The notes beneath the pieces are model-generated. The model searched no databases. It saw only the letters and a program-made list of their open reading frames with translations, and was not told the origin of the DNA. A stretch of DNA of 44,882 nucleotides from a virus. The position numbers and the translations under genes are program-made. The DNA is taken from positions 1-44,882 of the IMG/VR virus record IMGVR_UViG_3300043742_000003. One strand, given 5' to 3'. The first letter of the stretch is position 1, and each line of letters opens with the position of its first letter. Shown in pieces: positions 33,383-40,544 of this stretch.

Positions 33383-33710
33383 GTGATTCCTCCATTTCGA
33401 CGTTCCAACCTTGCTCCAAAGCCTTTGCCTGATCTGACTCGTTCATTGCGCCCCATCGCCGCTGCAGTTCGCGAAAGGGTAATCTCTGCGGCGTCTGCTC
33501 GAGCTCCTGGCCGATCCGCGGCTTCTGCTCGGTGCGCGAGGCATAGCTCTGCATTGCCGGCGCGTTCTGCATCAGCGAAACTTCCAGGCGCTCAACTTTT
33601 CCGCGGTAGAATTCGAGGTCCTGGCGGAGGGTTTTCAGATCCGCCCTTTGCTGCTGAAGTTGTTTTTCGAGTTGTCGAATGTACTTCGCTACGAACTTGT
33701 CTGAAGGCAT
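33366..33710 (-). CDS. Coiled-coil hypothetical protein (114 aa)
   Basis: Track ORF with heptad-like KYIRQLEKQLQQQRADLKTLRQDLEFYRGKVERLE. Confidence 0.55.
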   Translation of the reverse strand: MPSDKFVAKYIRQLEKQLQQQRADLKTLRQDLEFYRGKVERLEVSLMQNAPAMQSYASRTEQKPRIGQELEQTPQRLPFRELQRRWGAMNESDQAKALEQGWNVEMEESHAGSS

Positions 33711-33822
33711 ACCACCAAGAAGCCCACTCCCTGACCATGAGGATGATTAGCGTCGTCGTGACGAGACCGCACACGAGCATGCAAATCACATAGCCGATGA
33801 TGAACATAAACTCGAAGCCCAC
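33592..33822 (-). CDS. Small membrane protein, holin candidate (up to 76 aa)
   Basis: Starts (GTG 33822 or ATG 33807) directly after the endolysin stop. TM segment FMFIIGYVICMLVCGLVTTTLIILMV. Its 3' third overlaps gene 33366..33710 out of frame, so the true end and extent are uncertain. Confidence 0.4.
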   Translation of the reverse strand: MGFEFMFIIGYVICMLVCGLVTTTLIILMVREWASWWYAFRQVRSEVHSTTRKTTSAAKGGSENPPPGPRILPRKS

Positions 33823-34365
33823 TTACGCCTCGCGGATGGAAGGATCCTTCGCACGATAGAAGTGAAAGTCGCCGATGTCCACCGTCTTCACGAGCAATCC
33901 GCTGTGCGCCCAGGCCGGCGGATTGTGATCGAGGCTTTTGTCGAAGTAATGCGTGGCGCCTTGGGTCGGATCCGGCGTATCGCCGTTGTAGACGAGCTCC
34001 GCGACCGTGAGGCAGCGCTCCCAAGGCTCCACTGCCAGATTGGGATACTTGTGCAGGTTCGGATCGTCCGCCGATCCTACGATCGAACTGTACTGCCACT
34101 TCGCTTCGATGACCGATTCCCAGTCATTTCCCCAGGACCAGAATCCTGGCCGCAGCACGCGGTTCTTCACCGACCAGGCGACAGCGATCATCGCATTGTC
34201 GTTCTGATTGCCGGCCTCGCGGCCAATGAGCAGCGTCAGCATCGCCAGGTCGATCGCCTGGCGCGCGTTGTAAGTCCTCATGCTCGCCAGTCCCTCATCG
34301 GTGAGGCGCATGCTCAACAGATCCGCGATGCGCATCAGCCACGTCTGCATCCACACTTCCGGCAA
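33823..34365 (-). CDS. SleB-type cell-wall hydrolase (Hydrolase_2 family), endolysin candidate
   Basis: ..LLIGREAGNQNDNAMIAVAWSVKNRV....WESVIEAKWQYSS...DPTQGATHYF....PPAW......IGDFHFYR matches the SleB/CwlJ pattern (E.....AVA.V..NR.....QFS....DPT.GA..Y....P.W...IG.H.FY). The track start is TTG at 34365. ATG 34350 or ATG 34335 (TGATG-coupled) are alternatives. Confidence 0.8.
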   Translation of the reverse strand: MPEVWMQTWLMRIADLLSMRLTDEGLASMRTYNARQAIDLAMLTLLIGREAGNQNDNAMIAVAWSVKNRVLRPGFWSWGNDWESVIEAKWQYSSIVGSADDPNLHKYPNLAVEPWERCLTVAELVYNGDTPDPTQGATHYFDKSLDHNPPAWAHSGLLVKTVDIGDFHFYRAKDPSIREA

Positions 34366-34427
34366 TGCAGGTGACTCTTACGACAGCCACCGCATTTGGG
34401 GCAAACGCAACACGGCTTGTACTTCAT
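34335..34427 (-). CDS. Possible 30-aa Cys-rich micro-protein (MKYKPCCVCPKCGGCRKSHLHCRKCGCRRG)
   Basis: Its ATG overlaps the terL TGA as ATGA, and its TGA overlaps an in-frame ATG of the endolysin as TGATG. It has 9 Cys in 30 aa and is too short for the track. Confidence 0.35.
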   Translation of the reverse strand: MKYKPCCVCPKCGGCRKSHLHCRKCGCRRG

Positions 34428-35917
34428 CGGCGCCTCCGACTGACCGGGACCACCACGCCGGCGCCTGGCGGCCTCGAACTGAGCTCGAGGTAGCGCAGGT
34501 ACTTCGCGGTGTTGTCGGGAATTTTTTCGATCTCGCGCTGCATCACAACTTCGCGCGGCGTGTCTTGCCTCGTCGCGTAGCTCATCAGCCCGTAGCGAAA
34601 ACTTTCGCAGACGTCGAGGTAGAGCTCGTTGCCTTCTTTTGCGGCGTCCTCGATGTCCTTCTCATCCCGCATCAGCTTCGGGATGGAATCGATAACGTCA
34701 GGACAATTGTCGAGGACCGCGACTCCGTCTGTGTCGAGTAGGGTGTAACAGAGTCTCCATCCATCAACGCGACGATTGTTTGCTCGCTCTGGCCGAGGAA
34801 GGTTGTGCTCCACGAAGACATCGCCCATCTTGTCCGCAATGGAGTGAAACTGGTCGATCTTGCTGAAGCGATCGGGACTGAGGTAGATGTAGCCGATATG
34901 ATCAAACTTTTCTCCGGTATGATTCGCGGAGCAGATCTTCTCGGCCACCAGCTGTTCATTCATCTGCCGCAGCACAAGCTGGCGGTAGCACAGAATGATA
35001 TCCCTCTCAGCTTCGGGATCGAGCTCCGTCCTGACTCGTACTCGCGTCCACCAGAGAACCACCGTCGAGTGTTCAAAGCCCCAGTCAATCGACATCCACC
35101 GCGGCTGCCAATCCTCGAAGCTCACCTGGCCGAAAGTTTTTACGTGTCGGTCGGGATCCCAGTTCTGGAAAAACTGTCCCGCGAGAATGTCCCACGAGCC
35201 GGGGAGCCAGGCCTGCCGCAGAACGGGATCGACAATCGATTCCAGTGTCGCGATGTAGTTCTTGTCGTTGCGATAGACGAAGTTGTCCGCGTAGGTCGAG
35301 TGGATCGCCTCATAGTCGTCTGGCTGATAGTTGAGCGCCATCTCGCCAACCGGCTTTTTTGTGATCCAAAGCGCCTTCACCCAACCGGAGCCTTTTCCGT
35401 TCGGGTTGGTGCCGCCGGCCATCCTGGGCCTGACCGCGTACTCGCGATTTTTAAACCAATACGTCTTGATCGGACATCGGTTCGAGCCTTTGAGGAAATC
35501 CCACTGGCGATAACTGAACTGTGTGAGTTCTTCCCAACCGATGAAGAGGAACTCACCGCCCTGGTACTGCAGGAGATCGGCGTCACTCTTCACGTGGCCG
35601 AAAAAGAGTTTCGAGCCATTGTGGAACGTCACGATGTGCCGGCTGGCGTTGTACCTGAAGTAAAAACTCCGCGGTACGGACTTTGTGAACAGATCCTCGA
35701 TCCCGCCCTTCTCCATCGACGTAAGTGTCCGCCGCAGGAGTAGGACGTTTGCGCCAGGCACGAGCAAACACTGGCCGATCGCTTCCCACAGAAGCGAGGT
35801 GGATTTACCACCGCCGCGGCCACCTTCTAAGAGCGGATACTTCGCAAGCGAATCGTGAAACTGCTGCTGCACGGGCTGCGGCGTGTAGTAGCGCGCGATG
35901 TCATTGAATTGGGACAT
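34424..35917 (-). CDS. terL: Terminase large subunit (497 aa)
   Basis: Walker A in LLEGGRGGGKSTSLLWEA. Walker B-like VLLLRRT / FIGWEE. C-terminal nuclease region with MSIDWGFEHSTVVLWW. Size is typical. Confidence 0.9.
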   Translation of the reverse strand: MSQFNDIARYYTPQPVQQQFHDSLAKYPLLEGGRGGGKSTSLLWEAIGQCLLVPGANVLLLRRTLTSMEKGGIEDLFTKSVPRSFYFRYNASRHIVTFHNGSKLFFGHVKSDADLLQYQGGEFLFIGWEELTQFSYRQWDFLKGSNRCPIKTYWFKNREYAVRPRMAGGTNPNGKGSGWVKALWITKKPVGEMALNYQPDDYEAIHSTYADNFVYRNDKNYIATLESIVDPVLRQAWLPGSWDILAGQFFQNWDPDRHVKTFGQVSFEDWQPRWMSIDWGFEHSTVVLWWTRVRVRTELDPEAERDIILCYRQLVLRQMNEQLVAEKICSANHTGEKFDHIGYIYLSPDRFSKIDQFHSIADKMGDVFVEHNLPRPERANNRRVDGWRLCYTLLDTDGVAVLDNCPDVIDSIPKLMRDEKDIEDAAKEGNELYLDVCESFRYGLMSYATRQDTPREVVMQREIEKIPDNTAKYLRYLELSSRPPGAGVVVPVSRRRR

Positions 35918-36206
35918 GCCGCGTGCGGATTTGGCCTAGATCGAACTCGGGTCCGGTGCCTTCCTGCGCCTGGTCGTCCTGGTGGATCGGTTCCTTCGCC
36001 GGCCGGCCGTACATGTAGAAGCACGCGAGCTTGAACGCGCTGAAGCGGAGCTCCTGGTTCTTATGCTTCAGGAAATGCCGCCACATCTTGAGCATCTCTT
36101 CTTCGGAGAGATTCTCGTTGAGCAGCCGGCGGATCGAGCACGTCGTCGAATTCGACGTGCCGGCTTGCCGGCCGCCGAGCTTCGCGTGTCCCGGTTTGAA
36201 GGCCAT
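35901..36206 (-). CDS. Putative small terminase subunit (101 aa)
   Basis: Internal ATG at 36206 (TAATG with the upstream stop). It overlaps the terL start. The N-terminal AFKPGHAKLGGRQAGTSN resembles the F.PG.SGNP.GR.KG..N motif of small-terminase-associated proteins. Confidence 0.5.
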   Translation of the reverse strand: MAFKPGHAKLGGRQAGTSNSTTCSIRRLLNENLSEEEMLKMWRHFLKHKNQELRFSAFKLACFYMYGRPAKEPIHQDDQAQEGTGPEFDLGQIRTRHVPIQ

Positions 36207-36466
36207 TACTGCGCTCGGCCGACGTGCGCCTGATTCATCATCAGCTGCGCGCGCACCGCCTGCTCCTGCTGTTCCTTCAGGTACGCCTGGGCGAGCAGCT
36301 GCTGCCGCGTGTCTGCGAACATGCGCACCGCCTCGTCGAGAATCATCTGAATCTGGCAGCAGTTCTTCGCGTTCTCGTTGGTGACCGCGCACTCGAACGT
36401 TTCGGGATCGAACGTGATGTTCACGCGCACCAATTTCTCTTCGTCTTTTTCTGCTCCGATGATCAT
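36206..36466 (-). CDS. Hypothetical protein (86 aa)
   Basis: ATG with a GGGGAGA SD. Track ORF. Confidence 0.6.
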   Translation of the reverse strand: MIIGAEKDEEKLVRVNITFDPETFECAVTNENAKNCCQIQMILDEAVRMFADTRQQLLAQAYLKEQQEQAVRAQLMMNQAHVGRAQ

Positions 36467-36524
36467 CCTGATTTCTCCCCTGATTGCTTGGCCTTGAGCA
36501 GAGCTCGCAGCCGTTCGTAACTCA

Positions 36525-37199
36525 CTAGTAGCCGCTGGTCGTCTGGCTCTGCAGGATCTTGGCCCACAGCACGCCAGGACCGCCGGTGAACGCGGTGCAA
36601 TTGATGCGACAGAAGCGCACGTTGTTCGGCGCCGTGCCGGTGATCGCGCCGGTCAGCGTCGTCTGCGAGGTGCCGATGATCGCGTACTGCGCATCGATGT
36701 CATCGATCGCGCCCTCGAGTTGCAGCGCGACAGTTGCCGCGGTGCAAGCCCACGCCCAGGACAGGATCTCGCCGCCGTTCGGATCGAGCGCGAATTGCAA
36801 ATACTTCTGCACCGCAGTCGTCTCGCCAGTGTCGACGAGCGTCTGCATCGCCTGGCCGCCGTCGGCGATCTGCGGAAACGCCGTCGCATTCGAGAACGCG
36901 ATCGTGCCGACGCCTTGAGCGTTGAGCGACACCGCGGTCAGCGTTTGCGTCGTGTTGTTCAGCGCGCCGCCGCCCATCGTTGTCCCGGCGATGAAGAACG
37001 TCGAGCCCACTGCCGGCACGTTGCCGTTCACGAGAATCACGTTGAGCGTGACGGTCGCGCCCGAGCCGACGCCGCCAGTGATGAAAAACTTTGTCGGCAT
37101 CAATCCCACAGGAAAGCTGCCGGCAGAATATGCCGGCAGTCCTGCAGTGAGACCGCGCCGCGGCTGCAACGCCGCGGGTTGCGTCATGAATGGTGGCAT
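36525..37199 (-). CDS. Beta-rich hypothetical protein (224 aa), possibly virion-associated
   Basis: ATG with a GAGGGA SD. G/T/A/V-rich composition similar to the fibre proteins. Confidence 0.6.
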   Translation of the reverse strand: MPPFMTQPAALQPRRGLTAGLPAYSAGSFPVGLMPTKFFITGGVGSGATVTLNVILVNGNVPAVGSTFFIAGTTMGGGALNNTTQTLTAVSLNAQGVGTIAFSNATAFPQIADGGQAMQTLVDTGETTAVQKYLQFALDPNGGEILSWAWACTAATVALQLEGAIDDIDAQYAIIGTSQTTLTGAITGTAPNNVRFCRINCTAFTGGPGVLWAKILQSQTTSGY

Positions 37200-37270
37200 T
37201 TACATTCCCTCTGGAACGTCCGGTGGACGTCCGCCGATAGGATTTTGTTCGTAGCCGCTTACGTCAGCCA

Positions 37271-37783
37271 CTACAGGCTCTGGTCGATGACGTACCAGCA
37301 GGTGATGTGACACGTGCCGGTTCCGGCTGCGAAATTATTGGTCACTTTGGAAATGGTGAGCGCCGCATTGTCATCGCTCGGAGGATTCGCGGCGGTGTCG
37401 AGAACGTTCGGGAAGATGAACTTTTGAATCGCCCTGTTCGGCGAAACGGTGGTGAGGAAGATGGTGTTGGCTGCGAGCGCCCAGGAGTCGGAGCCGCAGT
37501 TGAAGCTGACCGCGCCACCAACGTCGGTGTACGCAGCGCCGCCGCCGATCAGGCGGATGACCGCGAGCAGCGGACAGATCGTCCAGCCGGTCACGCCAGG
37601 CGCCGGCACAATCGTGACGGGCGTGGTCAGAAGCGCGAGCAACTGCGCCGAGGACAGCGTCACGTCGGCGGTCAGCACGCCCGTGATACCCTGCGGACCA
37701 ACTGCAAAGCCTGGGCCTCCCATCACGCCAACAAAAGAGTTCGCGGTGATCGGGTTCAATGAAGCTGCAAACGGTGGTGCCAT
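37271..37783 (-). CDS. Protein (170 aa) carrying a second copy of the tail-fibre C-terminal domain
   Basis: Internal ATG at 37783 with an AGGAGA SD. Residues ~43-170 (LSSAQLLALLTTPVTIVPAPGV..GGGAAYTDVGGAVSF..SPNRAIQKF..ANPPSDDN..KVTNNFAAGTGT..WY) align with the last ~128 aa of 20034..21389, with roughly half the positions identical by eye. Confidence 0.7.
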   Translation of the reverse strand: MAPPFAASLNPITANSFVGVMGGPGFAVGPQGITGVLTADVTLSSAQLLALLTTPVTIVPAPGVTGWTICPLLAVIRLIGGGAAYTDVGGAVSFNCGSDSWALAANTIFLTTVSPNRAIQKFIFPNVLDTAANPPSDDNAALTISKVTNNFAAGTGTCHITCWYVIDQSL

Positions 37784-37791
37784 GTTTTCTC

Positions 37792-38157
37792 CTATTCGGT
37801 GATGAGTTGAAGAACGACGAAACCGCTGGAACTGCGCGGTGCCCACACTTGCGACACACGCGCGTACAACTTCGCTGATGTGAAGTGTCGGCGTTTGCCG
37901 GTTCCGCGCGCGCGCAATGTCAGATCTTGTCCGTGAAGTCGAAGAGCTTTTTCGAGAGGAATGCGACCGATGAAGATTCCGTAAGCGTCGAACAGTGGGA
38001 CCGTAGACTTTTTTGGCAACACTTCAGGCGTCCATGCTTTCCCCGCATAGTTAGCGCCCTGCGGAGGCCCATGTAGGGTTGGTGGCGCCTGATGGTTTTT
38101 TGAAACGATGACCTGTGAAGAGGCAGGCCGGTCGCCGATCAAAATACAGGATACCAA
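37792..38157 (-). CDS. Questionable ORF (121 aa, TTG start)
   Basis: No ATG in frame and no clear SD. The GC3 bias looks weaker than in neighbouring genes. The C-terminal two thirds (..TVPLFDAYGIFIGRIPLEKALRLHGQDLTL..) look protein-like. Confidence 0.3.
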   Translation of the reverse strand: MVSCILIGDRPASSQVIVSKNHQAPPTLHGPPQGANYAGKAWTPEVLPKKSTVPLFDAYGIFIGRIPLEKALRLHGQDLTLRARGTGKRRHFTSAKLYARVSQVWAPRSSSGFVVLQLITE

Positions 38158-38250
38158 CTCCGCGCGTCAATAAGCGGTTTGTACTGGTGGGGCGGAAAGT
38201 GATCTTAACGCCAACGCGACAGAGCCTCGTTGCTCGAGGGCAGGAGCAGA

Positions 38251-38360
38251 ATTGCTCTAGAGCAATGCGGGACATCTCGGATTCTTTTGGTCCGCGATTG
38301 TCCCACCCCTAGACCAAAACAGGTCACCTCTCGGTAGGTTTCTACCCACTGAGGTGAACC
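38251..38360. promoter_or_regulatory. Palindrome and stem-loop cluster at the replication-to-late module boundary
   Basis: ATTGCTCTAGAGCAAT is a perfect 16-bp palindrome at 38251-38266. GGGACA (38269-38274) and TGTCCC (38299-38304) form an inverted pair of the origin-type hexamer. SL1 is TTTTGGTC (38285-38292) with GACCAAAA (38312-38319). SL2 is GGTCACCTC..GGTAG-gttt-CTACC..GAGGTGAACC (38322-38360). Confidence 0.45.
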
Positions 38361-38400
38361 ATTTCGGGCAGCGTCAAAAATGGCGAGCCAATTCTTGCCC

Positions 38401-38553
38401 CTAGATTTGATTGGCGCAGAGCTCCTGGCAGGCTTCGCAGCAGCGGCACTTGGTGCGCTTATCTTTCAGAGTGTCAACGAGATATGGGCAGGTGTGCGGA
38501 TCGAGCGGCGCGTGGCGGCACTTCTCCTCGAGCTTCGCCTGGCGCTTGAGCAT
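38401..38553 (-). CDS. Possible Cys-rich small protein (about 50 aa; N-terminus uncertain)
   Basis: This is the tail of track ORF 38401..38958, taken after the stop of gene 38648..38950: MLKRQAKLEEKCRHAPLDPHTCPYLVDTLKDKRTKCRCCEACQELCANQI. No clear SD. Confidence 0.3.
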   Translation of the reverse strand: MLKRQAKLEEKCRHAPLDPHTCPYLVDTLKDKRTKCRCCEACQELCANQI

Positions 38554-38647
38554 CTTCACGAGTTGTTTCGGTGTGGTGTAGATCGCCGGCCGGCTGCGCA
38601 GTAGCGGTTTACTCTTTCGCGGCAGGGAGGGCGGATCCCCGCCTGGT

Positions 38648-38950
38648 TCAATAGCCGCCACTTGGGCCGCCCTGGCCAGCTGCACGAGCTCGCTGCTGCG
38701 CGTAGCCGCCTTGCTGCTGTCCTTGGAACGGCTGCTCGTTGATCTTGGTGATCTGCCAGGTGGCGTTTGGATTGTTCGTCTCTGCTCGCAGAGATACGAC
38801 CGTGCCATGAGCCGACAGAGTGCCTGGCTCGTGCTGACACTCGGCAACGAACCTTTCTCCGTTCGGTGACACAACGAGGAATGTGCCGTGCTCTGGCTTG
38901 AGAGACTGGATTGGATCAATCGACTGCGTTTGTTGTCCGACTTGTAGCAT
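38648..38950 (-). CDS. Hypothetical protein (100 aa) with a Gln/Gly-rich C-terminal tail
   Basis: ATG with an AAGAGGTG SD. A beta-rich core is followed by QGQQQGGYAQQRARAAGQGGPSGGY. This is the most protein-like of three overlapping frames. Confidence 0.6.
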   Translation of the reverse strand: MLQVGQQTQSIDPIQSLKPEHGTFLVVSPNGERFVAECQHEPGTLSAHGTVVSLRAETNNPNATWQITKINEQPFQGQQQGGYAQQRARAAGQGGPSGGY

Positions 38951-39009
38951 GACTGCACCTCTTTCCTGATTTGAGATACGGGCGGGGCCGAGACCTTCTT
39001 ACCACACGC

Positions 39010-39243
39010 TCATTGTTTTTTCTCGGTGGGATTGTGAACAAAGATCGCATCGCGGAAATCGTAGGCTTCCTTCAGTGAATCGCTACACAGCTTCAGCACC
39101 ATCATGCCGTGCATCGGCGTGGGGCACAGCGCCTGGATCACGTCGATCACAGCACTGCACGCCTCGGTGATTCGCAGCTTCTCTTCGTCGTTCATGTCGA
39201 TCGCGATGAACGGGCCGAGCGTCGGCGAGTGATGGATCTTCAT
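39010..39243 (-). CDS. Small Cys-containing protein (77 aa), paralogue of 39240..39449
   Basis: The internal ATG at 39243 overlaps the upstream stop as ATGA. Sequence GPFIAIDMNDEEKLRITEACSAVIDVIQAL..MMVLKLCSDSLKEAYDFRDAIFVHNP. Confidence 0.6.
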   Translation of the reverse strand: MKIHHSPTLGPFIAIDMNDEEKLRITEACSAVIDVIQALCPTPMHGMMVLKLCSDSLKEAYDFRDAIFVHNPTEKKQ

Positions 39244-39449
39244 GAGGGTTTCTCCATCGGGCTGCGGCGGATGATTGTGTCGGCGATGTTGCAGGACTCC
39301 TCGATCGCCTCCGCGCACATCTTCAGGCAGGCATGCGCCTCCATCGCGTTCAACGTCTCAGCCGTGACCGCGCGCATGATCGCCGCGCAGGCCTTCGCAA
39401 GCCGGCGGCGTGTTTCTTCGTCCAGGTGGATCACGATCGGTTCAGCCAT
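39240..39449 (-). CDS. Small Cys-containing protein (69 aa), paralogue of 39010..39243
   Basis: Internal ATG at 39449 with a GGAGA SD. Sequence EPIVIHLDEETRRRLAKACAAIMRAVTAE..HACLKMCAEAIEESCNIADTIIRRSP. Confidence 0.6.
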   Translation of the reverse strand: MAEPIVIHLDEETRRRLAKACAAIMRAVTAETLNAMEAHACLKMCAEAIEESCNIADTIIRRSPMEKPS

Positions 39450-39624
39450 GTGGTCTCCAAGGGCATTTGTGTTGGTCGAGAGAGAAGCGCACAAGCTTCT
39501 GCAAGATGTTCTCGTAGAGTGGAACTGCGATCAATTGCCGGCAGCGCAAGCAGCACCACCAGATGATGAACGGCTCTTCCTTCCAGCTGAAGCCCGAGGG
39601 CACGGGCAGTACAGGATTACCCAT
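39442..39624 (-). CDS. Hypothetical small protein (60 aa)
   Basis: Track ORF with 8-nt overlaps to both neighbours. Contains WWCCLRC..HKC. Confidence 0.5.
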   Translation of the reverse strand: MGNPVLPVPSGFSWKEEPFIIWWCCLRCRQLIAVPLYENILQKLVRFSLDQHKCPWRPHG

Positions 39625-40036
39625 GCTGCTCGTCCCAGGTGAGCGCCGGCGGATTCGCGGCGATGAACTCGGCCAGCATCTTCATCATCTCGGGCCGCGA
39701 GGCATTCGAGATGTAGGTGAGCTCGCCTTTCGCACCGAACGAGAAGAGGAACAGCGCCATGCCGTACTTCGGATTGGGTGGCCTGAGATCGCCGCCGGTG
39801 GCCTCGTCGAGCATCCTGAACAGTTCGCGCGCCATGGCCTCGAGCTTGCGCATGACCGCGGGATCGACAGGAAGACTCGTCTTCTTCTTCGGCGGGAGCT
39901 CGCCTCGAGGGCGGCAGATGCCAGGACACGGCGCATCTTGATTGGCAGACAGATCGCCGCAGTTGTCGCCGGCCTTGCGCATCGCGGTGGAATACCAGCA
40001 GCCGCACACGTCGCAGACCACTCCCGAGACGGACAT
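39617..40036 (-). CDS. Hypothetical protein (139 aa) with an N-terminal Cys cluster
   Basis: Internal ATG at 40036 (AAGGAG SD, TGATG overlap). Begins MSVSGVVCDVCGCWYS..NCGD..PCPGIC.. Confidence 0.6.
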   Translation of the reverse strand: MSVSGVVCDVCGCWYSTAMRKAGDNCGDLSANQDAPCPGICRPRGELPPKKKTSLPVDPAVMRKLEAMARELFRMLDEATGGDLRPPNPKYGMALFLFSFGAKGELTYISNASRPEMMKMLAEFIAANPPALTWDEQHG

Positions 40037-40341
40037 CAGAAGCGCTCCTTCGCGATGAGTGCATCGAGTTTGATCGAGAGTTGCCGCGCGAGGTCCAGGC
40101 ACTCCTGCAGCTGGCGCGTGCGTGAACCATTTGTTTCAGGTGGGCCCGATGGCTGCAACGGTTGTTTCTTGCAGTCGTTGATGTGGTGCGCGTGCAGCAT
40201 CCCGCCGATCTCGATGAAGGCTAGCTTGGCGCCATTCGGCGTTGCGTACCACTCGACGGCTTTCTGGCAATTGCCGCAACGGCCGGCGCCGGTGCGTTCA
40301 TAGCCCTGGTCCTCGAGCTCACTGCGTCTCTGTGGTTTCAT
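40036..40341 (-). CDS. Hypothetical zinc-ribbon-like protein (101 aa)
   Basis: Internal ATG at 40341 (AGAAGGAGAAAGGAAA leader, ATGA overlap). Contains CGNC ... HAHHINDC. Confidence 0.6.
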   Translation of the reverse strand: MKPQRRSELEDQGYERTGAGRCGNCQKAVEWYATPNGAKLAFIEIGGMLHAHHINDCKKQPLQPSGPPETNGSRTRQLQECLDLARQLSIKLDALIAKERF

Positions 40342-40544
40342 TTTCCTTTCTCCTTCTCGTCGGCCGGCGTGAGGCCGAACAAGTCCTCGGTGGTGCGCGC
40401 ACACAATTTTTCCATGCGTTTAGTGTGCTGCTGACCGCGTGGCCGCGGCGCAAAGGAGCAGTACTTGACGTGCTTTTTCAGGTCTGGAAGGCTCGGAAAC
40501 CCGAGGCGCCTGCACCACGGGCAGAACAGCTGTCCCTCACCCAT
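40338..40544 (-). CDS. C2HC/C2H2-like zinc-finger small protein (68 aa)
   Basis: ATG with an AGAGGGA SD. Contains FCPWCRRLGFPSLPDLKKHVKYC. Its 5' end and SD lie inside the iteron region. Confidence 0.6.
   Translation of the reverse strand: MGEGQLFCPWCRRLGFPSLPDLKKHVKYCSFAPRPRGQQHTKRMEKLCARTTEDLFGLTPADEKEKGK

Noticed and set aside
38051-38275. ATG-initiated 74-aa minus ORF covering the 16-bp palindrome
   Set aside because: There is no SD, the translation is Arg/Cys/Thr-rich and implausible, and it overlaps the other doubtful ORF. The region is better explained as regulatory DNA.
38285-38360. Two adjacent stem-loops examined as a possible tRNA or tmRNA-like gene
   Set aside because: There is no cloverleaf: no 7-bp acceptor stem closing the pair, no GTTCRANYC T-loop, and no D-loop consensus. 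I kept it only as a regulatory or structured element.
39531-40130. 199-aa minus ORF spanning several small genes
   Set aside because: It is an Arg/Ser/Ala-rich alternative frame overlapping three SD-preceded, start-stop-coupled small genes.
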